Shown here: positions 17,895 through 28,435 of the stretch, in pieces
How positions within the stretch are numbered: position 1 is the stretch's first letter
Layout: each line of letters starts with the position of its first letter
DNA from: Candidatus Altimarinota bacterium
Lineage (GTDB): Bacteria > Patescibacteriota > Gracilibacteria > UBA4473
Direction: 5' to 3'
Assembly: GCA_020631075.1 (NCBI GenBank)
Contig: JAHDHX010000006.1
Coordinates: forward strand, 42,243 to 106,242
DNA: 64,000 bases
Notes under the pieces: model-generated
What the model saw: only the letters and a program-made list of their open reading frames with translations
What the model was told of the DNA's origin: nothing
Database searches by the model: none
Translations under genes and position numbers: made by a program

Positions 17895-18611
17895 ATGACC
17901 CACCCCACTGACCAGGACCAATCATGGAGCAGTTTTTTTCTCGATTTACTGATCATGATCGTGATCGTTGTGGGCATTCGGGTGTACATTTTTCAGTTTT
18001 TCCGCGTCAGCGGCCCCAGCATGTGCCCTACGCTCAATGTCCTCGACGGCCGCTGCCTCTACCCCCCCGACGACGACGGCGAATTCATCTTCCTCAACCA
18101 GTTTCACTACAACTTCCTCCAAAACCCCGAACGCGGCGAGATCGTCGTCTTTAAGCCCAGCAATCAGGACAACTACCTCATCAAGCGAATCCTCGGCGTA
18201 CCGGGTGACGAGCTCGAGATCCGTAACGGTCAACTCTACCTGACCAATAACGACCACACTGACCTCCAACTCACCGAACCCTACCTCAACGCGACCAACC
18301 GCGGGCGCACGGGCCGCACTGACCGCCGCGGCACCCTCACCCAGTTTCAGGTCCCTGACGGGCACTACCTGCTCATCGGCGACAACCGCGCCGACTCTAT
18401 GGACTCCCGCCACTGCTTCCGCATCGCCACCTGCAAGGGCGACGAAGCCGAGCTCGCCTACGTCCCAATCGAAAACATCAAAGGCCGCGCCGAGTTTGTC
18501 GCCTGGCCTCCGACCAGCTGGCGAAGTTTAGAGCACCTCCCTCTCGGAGCTTCCTCCAATGATGAACCAACCACCCCAGCCCCCAGCCCACGCCCCTCCT
18601 CCGCTTCCTAA
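17895..18611 (+). CDS. lepB: Signal peptidase I
   Basis: VSGPSMCPTL (Ser), YLIKRILGVPGD (Lys), GDNRADSMDSR. Confidence 0.95.
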   Translation: MTHPTDQDQSWSSFFLDLLIMIVIVVGIRVYIFQFFRVSGPSMCPTLNVLDGRCLYPPDDDGEFIFLNQFHYNFLQNPERGEIVVFKPSNQDNYLIKRILGVPGDELEIRNGQLYLTNNDHTDLQLTEPYLNATNRGRTGRTDRRGTLTQFQVPDGHYLLIGDNRADSMDSRHCFRIATCKGDEAELAYVPIENIKGRAEFVAWPPTSWRSLEHLPLGASSNDEPTTPAPSPRPSSAS

Positions 18612-18626
18612 GTCCAGCCCCCCCTC

Positions 18627-19907
18627 ATGAGTCACTATGTCATCCGCGGCGGCCAACCACTCAACGGCACCCTGCGCATCAGCGGTGAGAAAAACAGCGT
18701 CCTCCCCCTGCTCGCCTGCGCCACCCTCACCTCCGAGCCCTGCACCCTCTCCGACGTGCCTGAGATCAGCGACGTCGAGCGCTTCGTCGAAGCTCTCCGC
18801 GAAATGGGCGCCACCATCGACTGGGACAAACCACAAAAAACCCTCACCCTCGACTGCGCCGCCCTCGACCCTACTCGGGTCGAGTCATGCACCTACCTCG
18901 GCACCACCCGCGCCAATATCATCCTCGCAGGCGCCCTTCTCGGCCGCTTTGGTGAGGTCCGCATGGTTATGCCGGGGGGCGATGCTATCGGGCACCGCCC
19001 ACTGGCCATGCACTTGGAAGGACTAGCCCACTTCGGCGTGCAAATCCTCCAAGCCGACACCCACCTCCACCTTCGGTACGACCCCACCCAGCCACCGCAG
19101 CCCCACCCGATGATCCTCTCCGAGGCCAGCGTCACCGGCACCGAAACCCTCCTCGCCTTCCTCGCCACCGTCCCCCACCCCAGCACCTTGTGCTTTGCCG
19201 CGGCCGACCCACAGGTACAGGCCACCTGCCAGATGCTGCAGTCCATGGGCGTCAAAGTTTCTGGCGTCGGCACCCACCACCTGCAGCTGACAGGAGCGAA
19301 GACCTTGCGTGGCACCCAGCAGCAGGTTTCCCCAGACGTCACAGTCACAGGCACCTACGCCATCGCCGCCGCCCTGACAGGGGGCACCGTTACCCTGACC
19401 AATGTCCACCACCCCCACCTCTACAGTTTTTATGGCTACCTCCGTCGCCTCGGGGTCAACTTCACCATCGACCACCAGCACCGCGCCCTGCACATCGCCC
19501 CCCCGCACGACCTGCAGGCCATCCGCACCATTAAGCCCAACATCTTCCCAGGCCTCTGCCCCGACCTCATGGCTCCGCTCAGCGTGCTGCTCACCCAGTG
19601 TCACGGCACTACTCAGCTCTTCGAGTGGATGTATGAAGACCGCCTCGGCCACCTCTGGGAACTCAAAAAAATGGGCGCTCAAGTCAAAATCTTGAACCTC
19701 CACCAAGCCGAAATCACAGGCCCCACCCCCCTCCGCGGTGCCAACGTACAAAGCTGGGACCTCCGCGCTGGGGCCGCCATGGTGCTCGCGGGGTTGATCG
19801 CCGAGGGGCAGACCACCGTCAGCGACATCTACTGGATCGACCGCGGCTACGAGCACCTCGCCACCAACCTCCAGTCACTCGGGGCAGACATCACCCGCGT
19901 CGAGTGA
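18627..19907 (+). CDS. murA: UDP-N-acetylglucosamine 1-carboxyvinyltransferase
   Basis: ISGEKNSVLP, PGGDAIGHRP, SVTGTE, DLRAGAA, IDRGYE. Confidence 0.95.
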   Translation: MSHYVIRGGQPLNGTLRISGEKNSVLPLLACATLTSEPCTLSDVPEISDVERFVEALREMGATIDWDKPQKTLTLDCAALDPTRVESCTYLGTTRANIILAGALLGRFGEVRMVMPGGDAIGHRPLAMHLEGLAHFGVQILQADTHLHLRYDPTQPPQPHPMILSEASVTGTETLLAFLATVPHPSTLCFAAADPQVQATCQMLQSMGVKVSGVGTHHLQLTGAKTLRGTQQQVSPDVTVTGTYAIAAALTGGTVTLTNVHHPHLYSFYGYLRRLGVNFTIDHQHRALHIAPPHDLQAIRTIKPNIFPGLCPDLMAPLSVLLTQCHGTTQLFEWMYEDRLGHLWELKKMGAQVKILNLHQAEITGPTPLRGANVQSWDLRAGAAMVLAGLIAEGQTTVSDIYWIDRGYEHLATNLQSLGADITRVE

Positions 19908-19928
19908 TTCCACTGATAACAGTCAGCA

Positions 19929-21245
19929 TTAAAACGGCACACTCGTCAGCAGCGTCTGCACGAAGTTAACGATCACCCACGCCAGGAACGTCACCGCCAA
20001 CCCAGTCAGCGCATACTGCACAGTTTTTTTGGCGCTGTCACGGTCTTCGGTCACCCCACTCACCATCATTTGGTACCCCCCATAGATCAGCATCACCACC
20101 GCGATCGTTCCCGCTATTCGCGTCACGAGGTCAATCAGCTCTATGATCACCAGCGGTATGTCACTCAGCTTCAACCGCCCATTCTGCATCCGCCACGCCA
20201 GGTTGCGCACGGGCGTCACCCGCTTCATTGATATAGCCACCTTCCGCGTCCCTGGTGCCACACTTTCCCCCGTCGTCGCGCCCTCATCAGCCGTAGCCTC
20301 GTCTTCTGCCACAGGCTCACCATACTCACGGTCACCCACAGGCGTGTTTAAGTCCCCCAGCTCCACCCCCTCCTCCGTCACCAGCCCCGCCGTTTCGTCA
20401 TATATCAGCACATTACGCTCCGTCGTCACCCCCGTCGGCACCACCGTCACACTGGGTATCACCCCATCCACCCCAAATTCATCCACTCGCTGCTCTCCCT
20501 GCCCCACGACATACGGCTGCTCCTCTGTCAGGTTTCGTAACCCCTTCAGCAATTGCTCCGCCGTCGCATCCGCATTCGGCGGCAACAGCGGGCACTCACC
20601 TGTTGTGTGTGGCACCGCCTTTTCTAAAGCCTCACAATAACATTTATACTCCCCATCCATCATGACCTCAAACGCATTTTCAGGACACAGCGGAAATAAA
20701 TCCACTGTCAACACTTGCGTTTCCCGACACGCTATCCCTTCACAGTCCACCATCCACATTTCCACCTCAATGTCATAAAACCCAGGCTCGGCTGGTTCAC
20801 TCAGTGATTCTACCACCGAAACCCCAGCAAACTCTCCCACAAAAAATGACCCCTCTTTCTCTGCTAATAACTTCCGATCCACTACTTCATATCCCCCCGT
20901 CACTCCCTGACTTTCTCCCTGCTCTAGTTCATAGAAATCTAACGAATAAAAAAATTCAGCTGAGTCACTTTCAAGCATCACATTGGTAACATTCATCTGC
21001 AGTTCAATCTCCGCAAAAGCCTTAAACTCTTGTCGTGTAGGCCCATCGATCTCAAAATCATACGGAACGGTTAGCCCCGCCAGTCCTGCCTGGCCCAAGT
21101 TTTCCGCTATTTCTTCATATTGCGCCTCTTCCCAGTCTGGTTCATCCCCCTCCGCAAAAGGCCCCATCCCAGTATTTTCCTGCGCCCACACCCCACCGAC
21201 GCTCAGCATCAGTCCCAGCCCCAGCAACCACAGTTGTCGCATCAT
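19929..21245 (-). CDS. Secreted protein with C-terminal CPR-type pilin (TrbC/VirB2-like) domain
   Basis: Signal peptide, acidic and Cys-containing middle, C-terminal IAVVMLIYGGYQMM...AKKTVQYALTGLAVTFLAWVIVNFV. Confidence 0.75.
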   Translation of the reverse strand: MMRQLWLLGLGLMLSVGGVWAQENTGMGPFAEGDEPDWEEAQYEEIAENLGQAGLAGLTVPYDFEIDGPTRQEFKAFAEIELQMNVTNVMLESDSAEFFYSLDFYELEQGESQGVTGGYEVVDRKLLAEKEGSFFVGEFAGVSVVESLSEPAEPGFYDIEVEMWMVDCEGIACRETQVLTVDLFPLCPENAFEVMMDGEYKCYCEALEKAVPHTTGECPLLPPNADATAEQLLKGLRNLTEEQPYVVGQGEQRVDEFGVDGVIPSVTVVPTGVTTERNVLIYDETAGLVTEEGVELGDLNTPVGDREYGEPVAEDEATADEGATTGESVAPGTRKVAISMKRVTPVRNLAWRMQNGRLKLSDIPLVIIELIDLVTRIAGTIAVVMLIYGGYQMMVSGVTEDRDSAKKTVQYALTGLAVTFLAWVIVNFVQTLLTSVPF

Positions 21246-21343
21246 CTGGGTATTATACCACACCCAACCCAGCTCTGCCTCCCCCAGACAGAGCTTTTTT
21301 CATGAAACATTCCCCCTCTTACCCTACTCCCACTCAGCCGCGC

Positions 21344-22345
21344 CTATCCCATCATTTTCATAGCCATGTCGACCATTCGGCAGCTGTACCCCCACTCATT
21401 GTCATACCACGCCAGCACTTTCACCATGTCGTCGATCAGCATAGTTTTGTCTGGCACCACCACGGTGCTGCGCGCTTCGCCTTTATAGTCACTACTCACC
21501 AGCGGCGCCGTCTCTATCCCCATTATTTCAGGCCGCTGCACACTGAAGTCCGCAAATGCTTGGTTGACCGTCTCCACGGTCACAGGCTGCTTCAGCTTCA
21601 CCGTCAAGTCGACCAAGCTGACCGTCGGCGTCGGCACTCGGACAGAGATCCCATTAAGTTTTCCCGCCAGCTGGGGCAACACTTTGCCCACCGCCGCCGC
21701 TGCCCCCGTCGTGGTAGGGATCATGTTCAACCCCGCCGCTCTGGCCCGACGGAAGTCCTTGTGCCCCACATCGAGGATCCTCTGGTCATTGGTGTACGAA
21801 TGGATCGTCGTCATCAGCCCCCGCTCTATGCCGAAGTTTTCATCCAGCACTTTAGCCACAGGCGCCAGGCAGTTCGTCGTGCACGACGCGTTGGACACAA
21901 AAGTCTCTTCCCCCGTCAGCACCTCTTCATTCACCCCCATCACCACCGTGGTGAAGCCCTCACTCTTCGGTGGCGCCGACAACAGCACTTTCTTCGCCCC
22001 CATGTCGATGTGCTGCTGACAGCCCTCGATCGTTCGAAACGCCCCCGTACATTCCAGGACAATATCCACCCCGATTTCTCCCCACGTCAGTTCACTAATG
22101 TTTCTCGTGCGGAAGTTCCGAATCTTGTGGTCACCCAACTGGAAGTATTTCCCATCTTCGAGGATCTTCGCCTCCGCAGGGAAGGTGCCAAAGTTACTAT
22201 CATACTTAAACAGATGAATTTTCAGATCATCCTCTGACGGGTCATTGACCGCCACCAGTTCGCAATCATCCCGACTCATAAGGATCCGCGCCACACAGCG
22301 ACCGATCCGACCGAAACCATTAATGGCAATCCGTGTTTTTGACAT
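21344..22345 (-). CDS. gap: Type I glyceraldehyde-3-phosphate dehydrogenase
   Basis: INGFGRIGR, SNASCTTNCLAP, WYDNEWGYS. Confidence 0.97.
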   Translation of the reverse strand: MSKTRIAINGFGRIGRCVARILMSRDDCELVAVNDPSEDDLKIHLFKYDSNFGTFPAEAKILEDGKYFQLGDHKIRNFRTRNISELTWGEIGVDIVLECTGAFRTIEGCQQHIDMGAKKVLLSAPPKSEGFTTVVMGVNEEVLTGEETFVSNASCTTNCLAPVAKVLDENFGIERGLMTTIHSYTNDQRILDVGHKDFRRARAAGLNMIPTTTGAAAAVGKVLPQLAGKLNGISVRVPTPTVSLVDLTVKLKQPVTVETVNQAFADFSVQRPEIMGIETAPLVSSDYKGEARSTVVVPDKTMLIDDMVKVLAWYDNEWGYSCRMVDMAMKMMG

Positions 22346-22392
22346 ATGAAATATTTGGAGAAGAAAGTTGTTTCTCGCGTATTATACCCCGA

Positions 22393-23196
22393 TCAGCCCT
22401 CCGCGACGATTTTTTTTGGGCCCAGATACACCCACCCCAGAACCCCCAGCCCCAGCCCCGCCGTCACCACGCTCAAAACCAACCCCACCGGCACCCCACC
22501 CACCAGCTGCGTCGGTGCCCGAAACCACACCTGCAACACCGTTCGCATCACCCCATACCCGAGCAGGAAAACCCCCGTCAGCCGCCCCCAGCGCCAGTGG
22601 CCCCTTTTCTGCCAGACATACGTCCCCCACCCCAGACACAGCAACACCAAGTTTTTCCCCACCGCATACAACTGCGCAGGGTGGCGGGGCACCTCATCCA
22701 CGTGCGGGAAGATCACCCCCCAGTCCCCCGCCGTCGGCATCCCCCACAGCTCACCATTTATGTAGTTCGCCCCCCGCCCCAGCATCATCGTCAGGGGGAG
22801 CAGCACCGCCGCCGCGTCCGTGTACCGCCACCACCCCAGTCCCCGCCGCCGCGCGTGCCAGAGCATATACAGGAGTCCTCCCAGCAAACCCCCATGGATG
22901 GACATCCCCCCCTCCCATATCCGAAACACCGCCCCCCAGTCATGCGCCCATACATCCGCCCGATACAACAGCATCTCCCCCACTCGTCCTCCTACTACCC
23001 CCCACAAAAACACCCCCAAGATCAAATCCTCCACCTCTTTAGGTGTCAGTCCCCCACCCCAGAAGTCTCGCGCCACTCGCCGCCCCAGCCCCACCGCCAG
23101 CAGCGCCCCCACTCCATACGCTAAACCATACCAGTGCACAGGCCAGCCCCCGATCATGAAGGCCACTGGTTCCAAATCCCACACATATATCATCAC
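22393..23196 (-). CDS. lgt: Prolipoprotein diacylglyceryl transferase
   Basis: HWYGLAY, GGRVG, IWEGGMSIHGG, GRGANYINGELWG, RHPAQLY. Confidence 0.92.
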   Translation of the reverse strand: MMIYVWDLEPVAFMIGGWPVHWYGLAYGVGALLAVGLGRRVARDFWGGGLTPKEVEDLILGVFLWGVVGGRVGEMLLYRADVWAHDWGAVFRIWEGGMSIHGGLLGGLLYMLWHARRRGLGWWRYTDAAAVLLPLTMMLGRGANYINGELWGMPTAGDWGVIFPHVDEVPRHPAQLYAVGKNLVLLCLGWGTYVWQKRGHWRWGRLTGVFLLGYGVMRTVLQVWFRAPTQLVGGVPVGLVLSVVTAGLGLGVLGWVYLGPKKIVAEG

Positions 23197-23261
23197 CCCC
23201 CAGCCTATCGCTTCACGCCTCGTCGATCAATTCATCTAGATTTTCTGCCACAATTTCATAA

Positions 23262-23446
23262 GGAAACACTGATAAATTTCGCTAATCATAAAAAGAGAGA
23301 TTTGGGGATGATTTTTTACGACAGGTTCTCACGGGGTCACTCGACCCCGTGACGGTTCTGGAGTGAAAAAGCACCCCAAAGATACTTTTTTGATGGCGAC
23401 TCTTTCTCAATTGTTTTCACGTCCTTTTGAATTTATCAGTGTTTCC
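23262..23446. mobile_element. MITE-like repeat, copy 2
   Basis: TIRs GGAAACACTGATAAATT/AATTTATCAGTGTTTCC, flanked by TAA on both sides; internal hairpin CACGGGGTC-ACTC-GACCCCGTG. Confidence 0.85.
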
Positions 23447-24279
23447 TAATGATCATCAGGGTCAGGGTCGAGCTTATTCGGGTCAAACGAATCCTTTGCT
23501 ATCTCTCCCTCCACCTCGTCGGCTGTTTCCGCCGCTATCGCAGGACTCCCCGCGTCCTCATCATCACCCAGCATTGTGACTTCCTCCTCCAGCGCAAACA
23601 ACTCAAACGGCTTAAAGCCCCACAAACGGAAGAAGAATCGCCCCGCCACACTCTCGATTATTTGCTCGTTCCAGCTCCGCGCCTCGTGGTTATACACCTT
23701 TTGCAGCTCCACCAGCTTCCGATCGATAAACTCAAAATCCTCCACCAGCTTCTGCCACTCCGACCCTTCAGTTATCCGCCCTTCTCGCTCCAAAGCGTGG
23801 AAAAAACTATAAATAATTTCAGACAGTCGTGATTCCGCCTCCAGTCGTCGCTCTGGCGAACGCTTGAGCGAGATATGCCGACACTCTTCCCGTATCGCTA
23901 ATATTTCTTCCAGCTGCACAGGCGGCAGGAGGTCTTCCCGCTTGGCATACGTGTAAAGCAACGGCACCATCATCTGCCGCTTGGACAAGAAAAACAGCGT
24001 AAACAACCACAACTTTTGGATTTCTCGCAGTCGCGTCCGCACCCGCCGCAACAGCACCGACAGGAGTATCCACAGCACCACCAGCCCCAGCCACAGTGGC
24101 GCATACGCCCGCAGGCCCTCCCCCACCCCCGTCACCAGCCCCTCAAAGGTTGCCACCGCTGGGTTTTCCAGCACCCCACTCCACCACGTTTGCACCCCCT
24201 CCCAGCGCGCACCCAGCCACTGCTGCACTTGTTGGTGCAGCGGCAGCTCAGGCGCGACATATCCAGAAGGTTTTGGCAT
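23446..24279 (-). CDS. LemA-like membrane protein
   Basis: One TM helix, then KRQMMVPLL ... KLVELQKVYNHEARSWN ... FFFRLWGFKPFELF, resembling LemA. Confidence 0.6.
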   Translation of the reverse strand: MPKPSGYVAPELPLHQQVQQWLGARWEGVQTWWSGVLENPAVATFEGLVTGVGEGLRAYAPLWLGLVVLWILLSVLLRRVRTRLREIQKLWLFTLFFLSKRQMMVPLLYTYAKREDLLPPVQLEEILAIREECRHISLKRSPERRLEAESRLSEIIYSFFHALEREGRITEGSEWQKLVEDFEFIDRKLVELQKVYNHEARSWNEQIIESVAGRFFFRLWGFKPFELFALEEEVTMLGDDEDAGSPAIAAETADEVEGEIAKDSFDPNKLDPDPDDH

Positions 24280-24295
24280 AGATTACATCACAAAA

Positions 24296-24571
24296 TTACA
24301 GTTCCCCTTGTTGCCCCAACATATACCCCAGCAAGCTCTCGGTCTGCCCTCGGCCAAACCGTTGCACATACTGCCCGACGGCTTGGCGCAGCACCCGTCG
24401 GCGACGGCCCGCTGGGCGCGTGTGCGCCACGGCTGGTGCCCCTCCCCCCAGATCAAAACCAAACACCACATCAGTCATCCCCCACAGTCTAGCAGCTCCC
24501 CCACCACTCGACCAGCCCCCACGTTGTGGGTGGCTTTTCTTTTCGGTCACTGGTTGGTGCGTCAGTTCCAT
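24296..24571 (-). CDS. Small hypothetical protein
   Basis: 91-aa ORF preceded by TATAAT 6 nt before its ATG; fills the gap upstream of the LemA-like gene. Confidence 0.45.
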   Translation of the reverse strand: MELTHQPVTEKKSHPQRGGWSSGGGAARLWGMTDVVFGFDLGGGAPAVAHTRPAGRRRRVLRQAVGQYVQRFGRGQTESLLGYMLGQQGEL

Positions 24572-24664
24572 CTGTCTATTATACCCCCTAAAAAATAAAA
24601 AATACAGTTTTCATCCCTCCACTCACCCCCTACACTCGCGCCGAAGTTCTCCCCCTCCTCTCGC

Positions 24665-27616
24665 ATGGCCCTTCCTGCCCACGTCTTTCAGGTCATCCCG
24701 ACTGTCCCTGCTGCCCAAGCCTCCCCCCTCACCGCCCAGCTGCAAGCCCAGGGCTTCCCCGTCTCACAGGTCACCGTGGCTCGGCACTACACCGTCGTGG
24801 CCGACCTCGGGCCCGACCAGCGCAGAGCCCTCAGCCAGCAGCTCACCCACAGCGTCACCGAAACCTGCCTCATCTCCCAGCCGCTCACGTCCCAGCTCGC
24901 CTTTGACTGGGTCATAGAAGTCGGCTTCCTCCCAGGCGTCACCGACAACGTCGCCCACACCGTCACCGAAGGCCTCCAGCGGCTCATCGACCCCACGTCC
25001 GAGCACGCCGTCTACAGCTCCACCGCCTACTACCTGCAAGGCGACCTCACCCCCGAGCAGATAGACACTATAGCTGCCCAGTGGTTCAACCCCCTCATCC
25101 AAAGGGCACAGGTCCGCAACCGCGCTGATTATGACACCCAAGGCGGACTGCCCGTCGTCATCCCACAAGTGCAGCTCCCCCCCGATCGGCCCGCCGTTGT
25201 CACCGTCGACCTCGAAGTCCCCGACTCCGAGCTCCAGACTCTCGGCAAGCAAGGCATCCTCGACCCCGCTGGCCACCGCCGCGGCCCCCTCGCACTCAGC
25301 CTCACCCAGCTCCACGCCATCCGCGACTACTTCCGCACCCAGGGCCGCCCCCCCACCGACATCGAGCTCGAATCCATCGCCCAAACCTGGTCCGAGCACT
25401 GCCAGCACGCCATCTTCGGCTCCCCCCTTGACGACATCGAGGAAGGCATCTTTAAGCGATACATCGTCCGCGCCACCACCGAGGTCCGCACCGCCAAAGG
25501 CGACGACGACTTTTGTGTGAGTGTTTTTTCTGACAACGCTGGCGGGATCAAATTTGACGACACCCACGTCGTCACTGACAAATGCGAAACCCATAATTCC
25601 CCCTCCGCGCTCGACCCTTTCGGGGGCGCCATCACGGGCATCGTCGGGGTCAACCGCGACTGTCTGGGCTACGGCCTCGGCGCCCAGCCCATCGCCAACC
25701 GCTACGGCTTCTGCGTCGGCCACCCCGGCGACACCCGCCCCCTCTACCGCGACGCCGCCCGCACCACCCCCGCCTTGAGTCCCAAAACCATCCTGCAAGG
25801 GGTCGTCGCTGGGGTCAACGCAGGCGGGAATGAGTCAGGCATCCCCACCACACAGGGGTTTGTTTATGCCCATGAAGGCTACCGCGGCAAACCACTCGTC
25901 TTCGCGGGGACGATCGGCCTCATCCCGCTGGAGCAAGACGGCATCAATCTCAATTTCAAAGCCGCCCAACCAGGTGACCGCATCATTATGGCAGGGGGCA
26001 AGGTTGGCCTCGACGGCATCCACGGCGCCACGTTCAGCTCCGAAGCCCTCGACACTGGCTCCCCCTCCACCGCCGTGCAGATCGGCGACCCCATCACCCA
26101 AAAAAAGCTCTCCGACACCATCATCTACGACCTCCGACCCCGCGGCCTCTACAGTTCCATCACTGACAACGGTGCTGGCGGGCTCAGCTGCTCCGTGGCC
26201 GAGATGGCCCGCGAATGCGGCGGCTGCCTCGTCGACATCGAAAAAATCCCTACCAAATACCCCCACCTACGCCCGTGGGAAATCTGGATCAGCGAAAGCC
26301 AAGAACGCATGACCTTCGCTGTCCCCCCACAGAATGTAGCCGAAATGCAAGCCCTCTGCGCTGCGCGCGGGGTGGAAATGTGGGACATTGGCGAATTCAC
26401 CGCCGATCCCCAGTGCATCGTCCGCCACCACGGCGAAGTCATCTACCAGCTTGACATGCACTTCCTGCACAAAGGTAACCCTCCGCTCCAGCAGCAATCC
26501 AACCCCTGGGTGCGCCCCACCCCGCAGACTGTCCCCGAACCCGACAACCTCCACGACACCCTGCTCTCTTGCCTCGCTCACCCTTCGGTGGGCTCCACCC
26601 AGTGGGTCAGTGAGCAATACGACCACATCGTCGGCGGCCGCACGGTCATCGGCCCCCTGCAAGGCCCAGGCCGAGTCAACGGCACTGCCTCCGTCCTCAA
26701 ACCCAAATACGACTCCGACCGCGGCATCGTGCTTTCACAGGGGCTCAACCCCAGCTACAGCGACCTCGACCCCTACGCCGCCGCCCTCGCCTCGCTTGAC
26801 GACGCCGTCGCCGCCGCCGTCGCCACCGGGGCCAATGTCGACCACATGGCTTTAATGGACAACTTCTGCTGGTGCTCCTCCACGGATTCTCAGCGCTTGC
26901 ACCAGCTGCACGACGCCGCCCGCGCCTGCTACGACCTCGCCGTGGCCTACGGCTGCCCCTACATCTCGGGCAAGGACTCAATGTTTAATGACTTCCGCGG
27001 CTACGACGCCGACGGGCAAGAAACCCTCATCTCTATTCCCCCCACCCTGCTCGGGTCGACCCTCAGCGTCATCGATTCCATCCACCACGTCCAGACGCTC
27101 GACTTCAAACCCCACCCAGACTCCACCCCAGACACGCTTTTCTTGCTCGGCACCACCCACGCCGAGCTCGCTGGCTCCCTCTACGCCCAGCTCACTGGTG
27201 TCACGGGCACCACCGTCCCACAGACCCACCTCTCCACCGCCCTCGCGCGCTACCGCGCCGTGCACCGCGCGCACCAGCAGGGCCTCCTGCGGTCCATCAT
27301 CCATCTTGACCGTGGCGGCCTGGGCGTGGCGCTGTCCCGCTCGGCCATCGCTGGGCAGATCGGCGCACAGGTCGACCTCGCGGCTCTGGCCGCTACGACA
27401 GGGCTGACACTGGCGCAGCTCCTTCTCAGCGAATCCCAGTCCCGCTTCCTCGTCAGTGTCGCCCCTGACCAGCAGTCTGACTTCCAGTCACTCTTCCCGC
27501 AGGCCATCGCCGTCGGCCAGACCACCACTGACCACACATTGACCATCAACGACCAGCAGTGGTCTCTCGCCGACCTCACCACCGCCTACCGCTCCGCCTT
27601 CAGCCCCCTTGCCTAA
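24665..27616 (+). CDS. purL: Phosphoribosylformylglycinamidine synthase PurL with N-terminal PurS-like region
   Basis: GFLPGVTDNV, QTWSEHC, KCETHNSPSALDPFGGA, DGIHGATFSS, DNGAGG, SESQERM, ISGKDS. Confidence 0.95.
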   Translation: MALPAHVFQVIPTVPAAQASPLTAQLQAQGFPVSQVTVARHYTVVADLGPDQRRALSQQLTHSVTETCLISQPLTSQLAFDWVIEVGFLPGVTDNVAHTVTEGLQRLIDPTSEHAVYSSTAYYLQGDLTPEQIDTIAAQWFNPLIQRAQVRNRADYDTQGGLPVVIPQVQLPPDRPAVVTVDLEVPDSELQTLGKQGILDPAGHRRGPLALSLTQLHAIRDYFRTQGRPPTDIELESIAQTWSEHCQHAIFGSPLDDIEEGIFKRYIVRATTEVRTAKGDDDFCVSVFSDNAGGIKFDDTHVVTDKCETHNSPSALDPFGGAITGIVGVNRDCLGYGLGAQPIANRYGFCVGHPGDTRPLYRDAARTTPALSPKTILQGVVAGVNAGGNESGIPTTQGFVYAHEGYRGKPLVFAGTIGLIPLEQDGINLNFKAAQPGDRIIMAGGKVGLDGIHGATFSSEALDTGSPSTAVQIGDPITQKKLSDTIIYDLRPRGLYSSITDNGAGGLSCSVAEMARECGGCLVDIEKIPTKYPHLRPWEIWISESQERMTFAVPPQNVAEMQALCAARGVEMWDIGEFTADPQCIVRHHGEVIYQLDMHFLHKGNPPLQQQSNPWVRPTPQTVPEPDNLHDTLLSCLAHPSVGSTQWVSEQYDHIVGGRTVIGPLQGPGRVNGTASVLKPKYDSDRGIVLSQGLNPSYSDLDPYAAALASLDDAVAAAVATGANVDHMALMDNFCWCSSTDSQRLHQLHDAARACYDLAVAYGCPYISGKDSMFNDFRGYDADGQETLISIPPTLLGSTLSVIDSIHHVQTLDFKPHPDSTPDTLFLLGTTHAELAGSLYAQLTGVTGTTVPQTHLSTALARYRAVHRAHQQGLLRSIIHLDRGGLGVALSRSAIAGQIGAQVDLAALAATTGLTLAQLLLSESQSRFLVSVAPDQQSDFQSLFPQAIAVGQTTTDHTLTINDQQWSLADLTTAYRSAFSPLA

Positions 27617-27617
27617 G

Positions 27618-28418
27618 ATGCCCACCCCACACGCCCTCATCATCACTGGTTACGGGTTCAACTGCGACCCAGAGACCCTCCACGCCTACCAGCTCGCTGG
27701 TGCCACCGCCCAGCGTCTCCACCTCAACCAGCTCATCACCCACCCCGAAGTCCTCGACACCGCCCAGATCCTCACCTTTCAGGGCGGCTTCAGCTACGGC
27801 GACGACACGGGCTCTGGCCGCGGCGTGGCCAACCGCCTCCGCCAGATCATCCCCCACCTCGACCAGTTTTTCCAGCGCGACACCCTCACTCTTGGTGTCT
27901 GCAACGGCTTCCAGGTCTTGACAAACCTCGGCGTACTGCCCGCCACCACCACCGACCACCGCTTCACCCCACAGGGCGCCCTCCTGCGTAACCAGTCCCA
28001 CACCTACCAGTGCCAGTGGGTGCACCTACGCTCAGCGCCCGACTCCCCCTGCGTCTGGACGCAAAACCTCGGCGTTTGGTCCACCGGCATCGCCCACGGC
28101 GAAGGCCAGTGGTACTGCCCCGACGACGTCCTTCACACGCTCCAGTCACAGGGCCAGATCGCCCTGCAATACTGCAACGCTGACGGTGAAGTCTCCCCCC
28201 AGACCAACCCCAACGGTTCCCGCCAGTCGATAGCAGGCATCTGCGACCCCACAGGGCGCATCTTCGGGCTCATGCCCCACCCAGAACGCCACCTCCACTT
28301 CACCAACCACCCCCAGCACACCGCCCGTCGGCTCGCGCTGCAGGCCACCGGCCAACCCGTCCCCACCTTCGGGGAAGGCCGCGGCATCTTTGACAACGCC
28401 GTCCGCTACTTTTCTTAA
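27618..28418 (+). CDS. purQ: FGAM synthase glutaminase subunit PurQ
   Basis: GFNCD, GGFSYGD, GVCNGFQ, AHGEG, NPNGS, MPHPER. Confidence 0.95.
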   Translation: MPTPHALIITGYGFNCDPETLHAYQLAGATAQRLHLNQLITHPEVLDTAQILTFQGGFSYGDDTGSGRGVANRLRQIIPHLDQFFQRDTLTLGVCNGFQVLTNLGVLPATTTDHRFTPQGALLRNQSHTYQCQWVHLRSAPDSPCVWTQNLGVWSTGIAHGEGQWYCPDDVLHTLQSQGQIALQYCNADGEVSPQTNPNGSRQSIAGICDPTGRIFGLMPHPERHLHFTNHPQHTARRLALQATGQPVPTFGEGRGIFDNAVRYFS

Positions 28419-28435
28419 ATTCACGCCCCTTGCCC

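Noticed and set aside
24280..24664. Purine/ZTP riboswitch upstream of purL
   Set aside because: No recognisable consensus; the region is better explained by a minus-strand ORF with its own -10 box.
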